Source: Hamiltosporidium tvaerminnensis FI-OER-3-3 (lineage: Eukaryota; Fungi; Microsporidia). Taken from it: 64,000 nucleotides of DNA. The stretch spans positions 1,178,001 to 1,242,000 of the forward strand of contig JAKIMF020000005.1 in assembly GCA_022605425.2 (NCBI GenBank), read 5' to 3'. Both the position numbers and the translations under genes were made by a program. How positions within the stretch are numbered: the first letter of the stretch is position 1; every line of letters begins with the position of its first letter. Positions 23,488 through 36,682 of this stretch are shown here, in pieces. Under the pieces are notes generated by a model. It saw only the letters and a list, made by a program, of their open reading frames with translations, was not told the origin of the DNA and did not search any database.

Positions 23488-24499
23488 TTTGTATTAAGAT
23501 GGAGAAAATATATAAAATTTTGAAAATTTACTAAAAATTTAGTTTCTAGTTTATTCATGTAACTAAATTAGAAATCACGAATGAAATTGTAGGTAATTGC
23601 TATTTATAAAGATAAAATTAAACTTGAGCCCTAGAGTTGAAGAATTAACTAAAAGAATACAAAAACCCTTCGAAATGCCAGAAACTAAGAATTGACTTAT
23701 AAATGTAGTAAAATTTTGAAATTTAGGTGAGTTTTATGCAAGTTTCTGAGATATATATTATCGGTATTCTTTTACTTGGAAATAGTATAATATGTGAAAA
23801 AGCCTGCTGCTCTCGGAGGAGCTCAAAGTAGTTCAGATCCGCAAAAATTGCACCACACATAGCATAAATCAATTCACGCAGAGTAAATGCCTCGGTAATT
23901 TAATGGTTTTATATATAGTTTAAATAAAAAGCTTTTGTATGTAGATATCTCAAGTATAATAAAAGAGTCATAGAAGCAGTTATCTTGATAAAAACCAGAA
24001 CCTCATATACGTTATCAAAATATTATTACATATGTCGATTTTATAAAAAGTTATATTGTCTAAATTATAAAAACACAATTATCATATAGATGTTACGGTC
24101 ACTTTGAATAATGACCAAGGTGAATGGGGAATTCGATAAATTAAAAAAGGCAGTACAGTAATTTCTATACTGCAAGTCATATAAATAAAGCTGCGATTTC
24201 TCACGTCACTATAACAAATTGACTGGTTTTTAACAATGAGAGTCTGCTGTGATTATATCTTATATTTCATGTGCTTTAACAATTTTGAGATTGTCTCTAG
24301 ATTTCTTTTTTAAGTGATATAGTTATTTTTATAAAAAATAAAATCCAATAACCGATGTTAACTAATCTAAGTATTATGAAGCAGCGTTGAGAAGAACAAC
24401 GAAAGAATTGTGATATTTCAAATTCTAAAATGTCAAATTCTGACAAAAAAACAATACTTCGAGCTAATAAAAAAAGTTAAAACATCTAAAAACGAAGAG

Positions 24500-26110
24500 T
24501 TAGAATAAAACACCTAAGATTTTCAGCGGTTACATAGGTTTGTTGTGACCACCTCGGAGGAAAAAAAATTTGATAATTCCTGTAAGAAAAGTAAATAGTA
24601 TATTAGGTTTTATGTAGATACGGAGTATATATTTTAATTTTACGCGATGCACATGCTTCAATTTGGAATTAGGTATGGCAAGTATGGAAATCGAGATCCA
24701 TTCAAAGTATGTAAACATCACTGAAGAAAAAATAGTAACTTATCTTAATTTATATATGTCTTGTGAAAAAAAACTCTGTGATCTAAAAAGGAGTTCTTTG
24801 AGACGGATATTGAGTACAAGCAGAAACTCAAGATATCAGGTTGATTTAATTGATTCGCAATTACTAGAAGATGATAAAAATATATTTATACTACTATTCC
24901 AAGATCATGGTACTAAATTTATTCAACTTATACCTCTTAAAAACAAAGTTCTGTAAAAGTGATGTATGTATTATCGTATATCTTTACTATTTTTGGTCCA
25001 TTTTCAGGTTTGCAAAGTGTAATCGTAGAGATTTTCTAACAAAACTTTTTAATTACTATATAGAACACAGATCAGTTAAATATGGTACATGAAAAGCCCA
25101 GACACTCTCAAAGTCAAGGCTCCGTAGAAAATGTAAACCAGGATGTTAAAAATATGCTTTATACTTGGCTAGCAAACAATGACATCAGAAAAAGGCAGAA
25201 AGCTTACACGTTATTCTGATTTTGAAAAATAGATCTCGTTATAGTGGTACAAACCGTACTCTATATGAAGCTATATTTTTGACAAATTAAAGTGGGCTTG
25301 AAATATTTTTATCCTATAGACGTTTGAGCTAAAATAAATTCTGAAGAAGACTTTAAATAATATCAATAGATTAGAGCAAATTTCAATGTTTCGAAGGAGG
25401 TACTGCTAGATAAAAAAGTTAAAATACCAACAAGTGAACATAAGAAGAAGGAAAAATTGTCTATTGATTTTTACTTTAAATTTTCAACTTCTCTTTTTAA
25501 ACCAAGTTCTGATTTTTATAGCAAAGAAAGAGGAAGAAATATTTTAAAGCCATCTAATCTTTCGGTCTCTGGTCAATAAAAACATGCAAATAAAGTTTAT
25601 GGTAATTTCCCAGAGGATTTTAATTTGAACAAAAAAACAGATTCAGACATATTAAAAATTAGGGAGATTTAAGCAAGAAATCTAAAAAGTAGTTTACAAA
25701 ACAAATTAAACTTTAATTCTAAATCCTACCGCCTACGAAGGTGAAGCGGCGAGATTTAGCCCCTGATGTCTATAGAAGCCGAATGATGCAAGGAACATCA
25801 TGGCTTTGTTCTGGAAATATCAAATGCTTATTCTATAAATTAGGTAAAAACATAAAATCCTAAATCAACTTTACGCGTGGAATCAATTTACTATAATTAA
25901 TTCTTAGTTTATTTCGTCGATAGATTTCAATGGCCGCAGATTCCTTGAGAGAATGTGCAAGAATGACCTCCAAAATCAGCGCTAATGACATAGTCGATGT
26001 AGCCGCAAATTTAAATGTAAATCTGAAACTGTAGGTTTCGTAAGAAAAAAAATCTTTGCAACTCGAAATATCCCCGAATTGGAAGTTGCTATAAAAAAAT
26101 GTTCCTTGAT
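24500..26110 (+). pseudogene. Decayed KRBA2/SCAND3-like integrase of a DDE transposon
   Basis: KYVNIT...SRYQVDLID...QDHGTKFIQLIPLK (24663-24956), HSQSQGSVE (~25105), DARNI, LNQLYAxNQF, SLRECAR and a Cys-rich C-terminal remnant. Confidence 0.85.
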
Positions 26111-26589
26111 TTGACATTTTTTATAAAATCTATATTTTTTTTGTTAACCACTTATTTTTTATACTATTTCTTTAATACAATACTCTTGTTTTTATTCCAA
26201 AAAAAATTAAAAAAATTGCCTTTTCACCTTGTTAATCATTCAAATTGACAGTTACATATATATTAAATACAAACTCAAAATCCTCATTATTTTATCATCA
26301 TTTTTATTTTCAATTTGATTAGATAAATTAATTTTTGTTTTTTATAAAAAAGCAAAAATGTTTTCATATGCATATTAATTTCAAAAAAAATAAAACAAAA
26401 AAAGGCCTTAGATATGCCAGTTATACAAAAAAAATTAAAAAACTTTGACAGGTGTAAAATCCTAAAAATTAAAAATCTACAACATTTTAATTTAATAAAA
26501 GTTTTACAAAATTTTTTCTAAAAAAAAATAATTAAAATCATAAAAAAATCATTTTATAGATTAAAAGTTCACAATCAAATAAATTAATT

Positions 26590-26985
26590 TTATTTAGGAT
26601 TGAATAATTTAAATAAAGCTTTTGATATTTTATCATAAATTAATTTTATGATATCACAAAGAACAAAAGTATATAGAAACCAAAACATACCCGCACAGAA
26701 CAGGAAAAAGACCAATAGTCTAAAAAACGTGGAAAAAAAACTTTTCCAACATTTCTTGCTTTTTAATTTCTTTTTATAATCATTAAGCCATATTTTACAT
26801 TTACTTTGACCGATTTCGACTTCAGAATGTGCCTTAGATAAGGAAATATAAGCATTTCCCATTTCATTTTGTCCTTGACTGACATATTCTTCTGTTTTTT
26901 CTATCTCAATTGCTTTTAAATCATCATTATCAATAGTATCCACTGTTTCTGCAGTTAGTGTCTGCATGACATCATCCTTATCCAT
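26590..26985 (-). CDS. Small membrane-anchored protein (131 aa), weakly syntaxin/SNARE-like
   Basis: Acidic N-terminus, heptad-like segment, basic patch KKKLKSKK, then a long hydrophobic helix; TCC motif upstream. Confidence 0.75.
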   Translation of the reverse strand: MDKDDVMQTLTAETVDTIDNDDLKAIEIEKTEEYVSQGQNEMGNAYISLSKAHSEVEIGQSKCKIWLNDYKKKLKSKKCWKSFFSTFFRLLVFFLFCAGMFWFLYTFVLCDIIKLIYDKISKALFKLFNPK

Positions 26986-29202
26986 TTTTTAAGGACAATT
27001 ATAAAAAAATATCTATAATTTAGAATATTCCATTAAATTAATTAATTTCTTTGTTGGTAAAACATATTTTTTGTAAAATATGTCATAAAATGAATGAATA
27101 AAAAATGTAATATGATTTAAATATTGCAAATATTCTGCTTTCAAATATTTATATTTTAATCATACAATTACAAATGCTTTAAAATTAAGCTTATAGATAT
27201 TTTTTAAGAATTTTTATGTGTATTTCGGTTTTTAGAAATATATATTTTGATATAACAGTTTTATTTGATTGCAATCTTTTTTTTTACTTTTTTTTTTAGA
27301 ATTTTAATTTATCTGATATTGTTCAAAAATAATATTGGGAACTTTATTTAAATGTAGTTTCATAAATCTCGAAATCTTTACTTATATTACACCATATTTC
27401 AATTCTATTTTACTTTTATTTCTAATTTGTATTTTGTTTATCTGACTTGAAGGAATAATAGTTATGAACATGTACATTTGTTGCAAGAAAACATTTTGGG
27501 ATTCTTTTTCATTAACTTTAAATATAATTTTAATCATAATTTGTAACTTATTTCATTAGAATCAAACCTTTTAAAGAAAATATAAGTTTATCGAATAATT
27601 CCTGAATTATTGCCCCAAAGTCACTTCAAAATTTTGTTAAATGACTTTCGGTATATATTCTGATATCAAGAAATCGAAATTAAATTTTATGTCTTGCATA
27701 TTCACCTTTTAATAAATCAAAAATTATAAATCACCATACACTAGTCCATGCTTTCAAATAAAATATATCGATAGAATAGCATATTTTATTAATTTTACAT
27801 ACTATGTTCGTCTTTTCAGTAAAAAGGTGGATTTAATGTAGTCTTCATATAAAACGAACGGCTTAATCGGGTTTATATTAATAATTGGGTAAGGCGACCA
27901 AGAAAGGTTAAAACTTTTAGAAAATTGTTTGATGTTTTCTGACTTATGGTAAGATACGGTAGCTTTTTTAAAAATTATATTCTAAGCTTTATATCGATGC
28001 TGATTCTGAAAAAATGTGAAGAAAAAATATACTTGATACTGTCGCGGATTCTATTCATTATTTAAATTTAGTAAAATTTTAACATTATATACACCCTAAA
28101 ACATTACATTACATAAATAAACCATTTTTTAATTATTAGTTTCAAAAGAAATCTTCTCCTAGAGAATGGTGAATTCTTTAATGTCCATCAATTTTTACAT
28201 CAATACTTACATAAATTTTAACATAATCTGTTTAAAATCTTTGTTTTGATATACAATTTATAATTCAACAATTTTTTACATGCTAGAATTGAATATGTGT
28301 AATTTTGGATTCCTGGGTAGAAGCCTGGGATGGGAATCGAGATTTTACAATATTTGAGAAATTTATACTATAAAATATCAAGAATTGTGGGTTTTTTAAT
28401 CTCTAGTTATTTGTTTTGAGAACATTTTGTAAAAAAATTACGGTTGATTTATCAAGAATAAGCTATTTCGGAGTTTGAGACCTGTCTTGTCTTTACTCAT
28501 CTCGGCATTTTTTAGTTTTTCATTGCAAATTATCAACAGTGAGAAATTTTGTTGTAATTCCTTAAATTTTTTCATCGGGAAGTTCGCAGGAATAATATTT
28601 TGTTTCGCTATGATTCATATGTTTAAGGTTGTTGAAATGCTAAGGTTTTACAATATAGTATTGAGAATCAAATCATAAGAAAAATACCGGTTTTTTATGT
28701 CAGGATATATATAAATATAAACATAGTGTTTTCTTGTGCTATTCTTCAATCTTTTTTCCTGCGATTTTTTTCAAGACACTTACAATTCCTTAAAATACGT
28801 TAAAACTATAAAAATTATAAAATTATACTCAATATTTATGCGAAATATTAATTTGAACAGAAAATATTTTTTTGGCTACAAATGCATATTTTTTAAGTAT
28901 GTGAAGCACCTGAGGAATTTTCAAACACAAAACTTTTTGTTTGTAAAATATTTGGGGGAATGTGTACAGGGATGATCGTTCTTATTTCCAATAGTGTAAA
29001 GAATGCCGCATTTTCGGCCTTTCTTGTGAATCCTTTGATGAAAAAGAAGATCAATATTTGAGAAGATTTTTCTAGTAACCTAGACTGAAAACAAGATGGG
29101 AATACAAAATTTTCTATGCAAGCACATACAAATCTAGCCTTGATCACTTACATTTTATTGACGCAGCGCTTAGGAGATTATAAAACCATCTTTTTACAAT
29201 AC

Positions 29203-29476
29203 ATTAATTACTTACTCCGCGGCGCTACGGCCCTTGAAGAGCCCAGGCCTAATTAACGATATTTCTCTATTCTTCTCTATTTTGCACCAAACTTCTTCAT
29301 CGCAACACATTAGTTTCATTAGATCTTCCTCGACATTATCCAGCCATCTTTCGCAGTCTTCCTTTTCTTCTCTTACCTTCAGGACTTGTTTTGTATATTT
29401 TACTAGCGACTCTCTCTGTAGACATCCTTTCTACGTTTCCGAGCCACCTAAGTCTTCTTTGTTTTATTACAGTGAC
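29203..29476 (-). mobile_element. 5'-truncated RTE-clade LINE insertion
   Basis: IKQRRLRWLGNVERM...PEGKRRKGR...RWLDNVEEDL; 3' end GGGCCGTAGCGCC with a TAAG-type tail; perfect 13-bp TSD CTTTTTACAATAC (29190-29202 and 29477-29489). Confidence 0.92.
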
Positions 29477-31749
29477 CTTTTTACAATACCAACCAAGCTA
29501 AATTGCAGCAAACATTTGTTGGTATGGTATTTTAACGCATATATAATTCAATATATTGCCTAAGAATATATTAGATGTAGTGTCATCTTTTCGTATTTTA
29601 ATAAAGCTAAGATATTAACTTTATTTCTGGAAGAGATATTGGTAGGTAATGTAGATTTTACTTGCATTATATTCCAAGTAACAAATAATAAAAGCACTGA
29701 TGGCAATTACCTCTCTGATACACTGAATTCTGCACACATACTTGATGAAAATTATTGCGGTTTAGTCATCTAGGATATACTGATGAAATAAAGTAAGTGG
29801 ATTCATCTATGAAAAACTTAGAATGTTGTTACTGTCAAAAGAATCATAGGCCTATTTATGAAATGGTGAAATATATATTATAAAATTTTAGCTGCTTTTC
29901 AGCAAGTCAATAGTAGCATTTAAACATGTATTTTTAATTCTCTTCCGTGTTTGTATAACTCAACGGATTTTACTTAATCAAAATAAGCATTAATATACCA
30001 ACGCAGCAAAAAAAATGTAAAATTCTAATTCTGTTTTATATTGATAATAAAAATAAATTCTTCCATGCTTCATGGCAAATGCATGATTTTCGACCTTAAA
30101 AAATTACTATCACAAAAAAATTTAACTCAATAATTATATTTTTAAACTTATATTTCTAAAAATGAAAAAATTCTACACTCTTCCCTATTCGGCCAAGACA
30201 TTAGTGCGATTCTTTTATAATTTTAGATATCCTGTTTTTCTTCAATTTAGAAGATTATACACAGCGGGCAAAGCCTGAATTTAATTTATTCGCTTTAAGG
30301 ATATAAAAATTCAAACCAAAGAAATAATTTATAATACGCAAACAAAGTCAGGGGTGTTTAATATCAACGAAAATATTCAAGAAGAAAGATTTTTTTTACA
30401 TTTTAATGAGATCATCGTAACATAGTTTCTTGAAAATTTCTAAACGGTAAAATAAAAAAATTTTATAAATTATAATTAAATTTTTTTCAATAAATTATTG
30501 AAGATGAAGAAACGGAAAATGCAAATTTGTCTAGAATAATCATGAAACATACTCAAAAAATTCCATGTTTCTTCTCGATGCCTGCTTTGTGTAGTTGCTT
30601 TATCTAGACACAAAACTATAGAACCGAAATTGCAAAAATATAGAGGATATAGTCAAATCTAGATCTAAGAATATAATTTTAGCGATATTTTTGGTATTGA
30701 AATTATTGAATATGATATATGCTAAAGAATCTCTTTTCTCGGTACAAAAAATATACATAAAAATATATTCGGATCCGAAAAAACCAGAAAAGGTAGTATT
30801 ATGGCACGATTTTACAGATTATATGAGGTAATGAGGAAGATTATGAATAAATACAGCTTTAGATAGTGTATGATTCAATCTAATTTTCCTGAATGTGTTT
30901 TAAAATCATAAAAATTTTAATAAGAATTCAAACTTGAATTTTCAAAAGAAATTAATGTTCCAATATAATGAATTCCAATGATTTTTTTCCGTAAAATAAA
31001 ATCTTGGTACTTAAACGGGTAATTAAGCTACCTTATCTAAATCCAATTACGAATATGGTGTTTAATGAAAAAAATAAAAGATTGTCCAGTACAACTAGCA
31101 GATTTTTGTTGAAAAAGAGACTTTGTTAAAAAAACTTCATTGCTATAAAACCAGAAATTTTGTAAAGTATTGCATAAATGCAAAGAAAAAGTATTGAGCT
31201 ACAAAGAATAGCTTATTGTTGAATAAAATCGGGGGTTTTCGTTAAAAAATCAAACTTGTTTTTGAACACTAATTTACACATATAAATTTAATATAATAGA
31301 AAATTTATTCGTGGTTTTGATATAAACAAAAATACCTTTTATAGAACCTTTATTGCTAATATAATTTAAATCTAAAGAAAAAATCAATTATTAATGTTCT
31401 GTATTATTTTGTAAACTAGGGTATACCAATGGTTAATTAAATCTTCTTGATTCATAGAATGAAATACTTATAGAAACAAACACTGCAACACTCTCCACTC
31501 ATTGCATCGCACATCAAATTATTTAAAAATATTAAATATGAGCTATATGGATATTGCAGCCTTCATACTTAGTTAATCGGTGGAAATATGGTTATTTGAT
31601 ATCTCTTGACCCCTTATACATATATTTACATCCTCTCATATTTTGCATCAATTCTCTATTCCATACATTCTATTTTCTTATATTCCTTTCAAAAATATAG
31701 AGTCATTTTTTCACGCACCACCGCATTTTATCTTTTCTTCGGATGAAAA

Positions 31750-33200
31750 AATTTTTAATTATACGTAACAGCCCCTGATGCAGATATATTCTGTATATCT
31801 TCATGCTCTTTTTGTTTTTATTGGTTTTTATGACCGTAAATAGATTAGCTTTCTAATAAAATTCACATTTTTATTGATGAGTTCCAATTCTCACATTTAA
31901 ATTAATATTGCCACATAATATATTCTTCGTAGTATTTCTCTTTTCCAATTTTTTGACTATATTTTGTCGCCTTTGTATTTGATGATTGTATTGGAACCAT
32001 TCATTAATGTGGTTCTAATAATAGTTTTATATATTTGCATTTTCGTGTTTAGGTTTATCATATTTGACTTAGTATGGTTTACAGAAAAATATAGTACCTT
32101 AATTGCTTTTATTCTTTCTTTATTCGCAAGATTTTTTTTCTTCTGATTTAAAAGTATCACAAGATATTTGAAATTAGATACATTTTAATATTTTTGGGTG
32201 TCTATTTTGAAATTGTTACAGGATGGATTTGAAAGGAAAACATTAACATATAAAATATTTCTTTGATTGAGCTTTGATCTATTCATTTCTGATTCCGCTA
32301 CGAATATTATAAAAAAGATTTATTTTTGTAAGCCTTCTTTATTTCGATAGCAAGGTTCTCGATATATGATACGCAGATATTACCTCATTTCGATTCGCTG
32401 AAGTTTGTTAATACTTAAGGATTATTTCCACCGGTGCTGACTTGCATTTATCCGAGATAATGTATCCTTCCGTTTGAAATTTTAATTATTGTAATCGCTA
32501 AATATATTACGATTAAATTATTGATCTTATTTCCGACCAATTTTGTTTTAATTAAAGGAATAATATTTCAGGTGATTTTTACTTGTGCAAGCATCTTGTA
32601 TAATAATTCCTGATCAATGCGTTCATAGGCTTGCTTTTAATCGACAAAAGATGGTTTTTGAAAATTTGTATTCTTAGTATTTTCCAAGCATAGTTCTAAT
32701 CGCGAATATTTCATCGTCGTTTGATTGGCCTCTTTGTATCCATATTGGTAGTTGCCAAGGGCGTTTTCTACATATTTTTCCAAGTAGCCTGCAATCATTA
32801 TAGTTATAAATTGTTCTGATATACAGGTGTGATATTTTTTTTGATGAGAAAACAGTTTTTTAATTCTTTTTTTGGCTAAGAAGTATCTGATTAACATTTA
32901 TTTTTCAGGTATTTTTTCTTTTTTTTCTGTTATTCGCTTCATCATGCTGAATGTTATCTCCAAAGTAATCTCTTCCGCTTTTAAAAGCTCGACAATAATA
33001 TTTTCTTCCCCGATGCCTTGTTTTTTTTAGTTCTATTAATGGGATTTGTTCTCTTCACTTGTTGTCTTTGGAACAGCTGTTTACTCATCTTTGATAAAGT
33101 CTCTGTTTCCTTTGGGAAAATTCTCTCAGATTTAATTTTCTAGTTTTGTTCGATACTGTCGAAGATGAATTTTGAAAATTATTGCAGTGATCTTTTTTAT
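31750..33200 (-). pseudogene. Heavily decayed RTE-like reverse transcriptase
   Basis: NKASG...ELLK, LGNYQYGY, FVD*KQAY and TKMQIYKTIIRTTLMNGS remnants in the expected order; boundaries approximate. Confidence 0.75.
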
Positions 33201-33574
33201 AGTCACTTATAAGTAATTATTAAAATAAAATTATTGGTTTATAAGCCTTAATGGTTTCATAAACATTAGTATGAATTCCATAAAATGTAAAATTTTCTCG
33301 AAATTCGGTGTATTTTTGCAGTAAATACAATGTTATTTTATTCATTTAAATATTCATTCTAATTCTGAACCGAGAAAACTTTCATATTTCTATCTAAATA
33401 TTTTTCTAATTAGTTCATTTAAATGCCGTAAATAAAACAATTTAATATTGTTTGAATATTTGCTGAAAGCATAATTTCATTCTTTAATATAGTTTAACAA
33501 TTTAGAGTTTCAGTAGGAAATTACTTTTTAATTTTTTTTTCCTTCGCATATTTAGCGAAAGATTTTCGTGAGAT

Positions 33575-33810
33575 TCATTCAATCTTGGCACTACGGCCCT
33601 GCAGTAGCCTTGGCCGCCTTCGGTAATACCGTAAACCGGACATTTTCTAGTAAGTTTGCTTACTTTTTCGGGTTTCGTAACAAGTTGGTTTTAAAGGGAG
33701 GGTTTTTAATCTTATGCCCAACCTCAAACTAGAGGACCAACCTCTTTTAGTCTCCTCTGACAAAAAGCAGGGAATACTTCCAGCCAGTACTACTCCCGGT
33801 ATGGTAGGGG
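33575..33810 (-). mobile_element. RTE-derived SINE-like element, copy B
   Basis: Aligns end-to-end with copy A; degenerate 14-bp TSD (GATTTTCGTGAGAT / GATTTTTGTTGGAT, 11 of 14); GAATGAAT tail. Confidence 0.85.
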
Positions 33811-34896
33811 ATTTTTGTTGGATATTTAACTAAATCATTAGTCTATAAACAGAAAGGGGCTTAGATGCCCCAAATCAGTATTTTTCAAATTCATAATATG
33901 TTAGAACTCTTAATATAATTGTATTTTAAGTTTATAAAGTTACTACAGGAGGCCAATTCTAGTAAATTTCTCAATAAAATTTTCGGGTAATATAATATTA
34001 CATCCTTTCTAGCAATTATTTACTATTTACTTTGAACATAATTCGAGAATTTAAGAAATAATATTTGTGCCTGACAGTTAAGAGAATATGATATTTATAA
34101 ACTACATTTATACTTTTTGAATATTGAAACAAAATAATTATGAATTAATTTCTTGATACTTAAACAACCAATCTTTCAATTTTTGATATGGTTGTCAATC
34201 ATAGCTATCGCATGCTCTTTGACCATATGAAACAAAAGTTTCGATTCAACTTAGATATTTAGTTCCAATTAAAATGCTTTATTTTGAATCTAAACCATGT
34301 AAAAAATATCAATTTTGTCATTTTTTTATTTTAATTTCCTGAGCTTATTAAATTAATATCTTATTAAAATAGCCTTTCATAAAAAAATTATTTTATTTTC
34401 TATTATTGAGTGCTAGGTCTATATCTGATGAAATAATTAGCACCTTCAGTGAAAAATTTAAATACAGTATTATTTATAATTTGATCTTTCTTTACTAAAA
34501 ATCCAAATTTTGATTTTAAATTCCAAACAACAATAAAATTAAGAAAATATCATTCGATTCAGAGATATTTTTATACGTTACTTAGTTTATTGTTAAGGTT
34601 GGAAACATTACTTGAAAGGTAAATTTAAATATTTGTCTTTATAAAGCAATTTATACTTAGTTGCAAATAAGTGAATAGAAATAGTCTTTTAAAATTATGA
34701 TACATTGTTGAATTATTTATGCGTTATAGAATTTAAGATATATAAACTAAATCATAAAATTTTTTCAGCCATCGGTCTTTTTCTTTCTCGTTTTTGTTTG
34801 CTTCATTCACAAAAAAAATATTAGTAAAATAATTCTTTTTTTCTTACTATTCATTACATTGATATTTTATCTAAAATAATAGTTACCCATCTTACA

Positions 34897-35583
34897 ATGC
34901 CACTGATTTTAGTTATCGCTGCTAATACAGAAAAAATTACACAATTTAATACTGAATTGTGTAATTATATCACTGAAACACAAACCAATACAAAATCAGA
35001 AATTCATATTTTAGATGGAACTTTTTTAGAAATAAAATCCAAACTTTTATCGTTGGTTGATTGTAAAAAAATTTTTATTCTTAACGGAGCTTTTTATAAA
35101 TCAGAAAGATATGAATTTTATTGTATTTCTAGAAGATTCAATACTTCATTTCTTATTGTTCATATACCAGATAAAACTATAAATTACGAAGCAACACAAT
35201 TTACTTCTTCTTTTGACGGACCAGTAATTGATATTGAACATGATTCACAGTATTTGGATACCATTGTTAAATATATGAATAAAAATTCAAAATCTACTAG
35301 AGCTCATACTTCTAATATGACACGTAATAATCAAACTTTAAATGTTAGCAAGGAAGAATCTAGTGATCCTTCGTGTAACGATTATTTAAAAAATGTTCAG
35401 TTAGCAATAAATGAAATTAGAAGTACATATTCAGACCAGTCTTTTGTGTATAAAGAAGTTTTGGATGCTTGTGAAACTGTAACTATACGATTGGTTTCAT
35501 TGAATCCTAAAACCATTGAAGATGTCAAGCATTTCTATTCTAAAATGGTTGTAAATGAATTAAAACTGAAGGGATTACAATGA
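34897..35583 (+). CDS. KTI12: KTI12-like protein (Elongator cofactor family), P-loop degenerate
   Basis: Starts MPLILVI; FYKSERYEFYCISR resembles the KTI12 YIKGxRYELYC motif; CCC upstream and AATAAA ~27 nt after the stop. Confidence 0.6.
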   Translation: MPLILVIAANTEKITQFNTELCNYITETQTNTKSEIHILDGTFLEIKSKLLSLVDCKKIFILNGAFYKSERYEFYCISRRFNTSFLIVHIPDKTINYEATQFTSSFDGPVIDIEHDSQYLDTIVKYMNKNSKSTRAHTSNMTRNNQTLNVSKEESSDPSCNDYLKNVQLAINEIRSTYSDQSFVYKEVLDACETVTIRLVSLNPKTIEDVKHFYSKMVVNELKLKGLQ

Positions 35584-36682
35584 GAATATGTTTTGTTTTT
35601 AGACAAAGAAATAAATATTGGTATTTATTATTTCTATGAACATAAAATTATAATAAAAAACATACATTGTTGTTTGAATATATTCTTGTTCGAAATTTTC
35701 TTTAAATAAAAATTATTTAATAATTGATTGCGTTTTCCTTATTTATTTGCTTATTTGGTCTAAGGTTGCTCGGCCATTCTTTAATTTTTATTTTTATTCC
35801 GCTTTAATTCTTCGCAGTGGTCTCTTTATCAAGATTTATGGATTTGCTTGTATTTGTTTCACCTTTTATCGAATTGGCGTGTATTTTTAGTGTTGGTACA
35901 ATTTTTAGTGAACTTATGAGTTATTGATTGCTTCAGAATAATCTTTGAACTTCAATCGTATTAAATATAAACTAAAATCTTTCTGGCGCAAAAAATAGTG
36001 TTTTGGAGCTTTCTATGAATGCCTGCTTAAATCTTGTCTTAAAATAACCTGTACTTCAAAATTTTCTAAGATACATTCTAGGGCAAGTTTCAATAATGCC
36101 ATGTTAAATTATCACTTTAGAAAGTATTTCCAAATTAAGGTTTTCAGGAAAGACTAATTTGTTGTATAATAGATCATACGTTTTACTTTTTGAGGTTTCA
36201 AATCTTTTAAGTAAATTTTAAAAGGTAATTTCTGCTTAAACATCCAGTAGCGTTTAATTTTCTTTTGAACTGAAGCTACGGGTTTTTAGTTTCTAACTTG
36301 TTTAGTAAGTATTCATTATGGTCTCTAATTTTAATTTCGCCTACATATTTACAAAAGCCTTTTATACTTAACAGCTCTTAATTGGTTTTGTAATTCGAAT
36401 TTACCTCCATATAACAGAGAATATATATCACCAATCCCCACCTGGTTTTGCTTTTTTGTCATATGAGAGAACTTTGGCATGTCAAATTGCATATTAATCT
36501 ACTTTTCAATGAGATTTATTCGGTGGTTTATCCTTTGTACTTCTCTCAACAGGTATGTCTTTCTTCATACATATTCAGAAAAAATATTGCATATTAAAAC
36601 TAGAATAAATCAAATATGTTTAAATATTTATAAAAGATTTACGAAACGAACTTTAATTATACCAAAGAGCTCCCTCATAATC

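Noticed and set aside
23490-23515. AAGATGGA(A)GAAA near the 5' ends of both copy 2 and copy 4 (~51047)
   Set aside because: Short, at different offsets and outside the TSD of copy 4; probably chance.
27350-28700. Possible LRR-family pseudogene on the minus strand (similar texture at ~57400-58050)
   Set aside because: Too decayed to align by eye.
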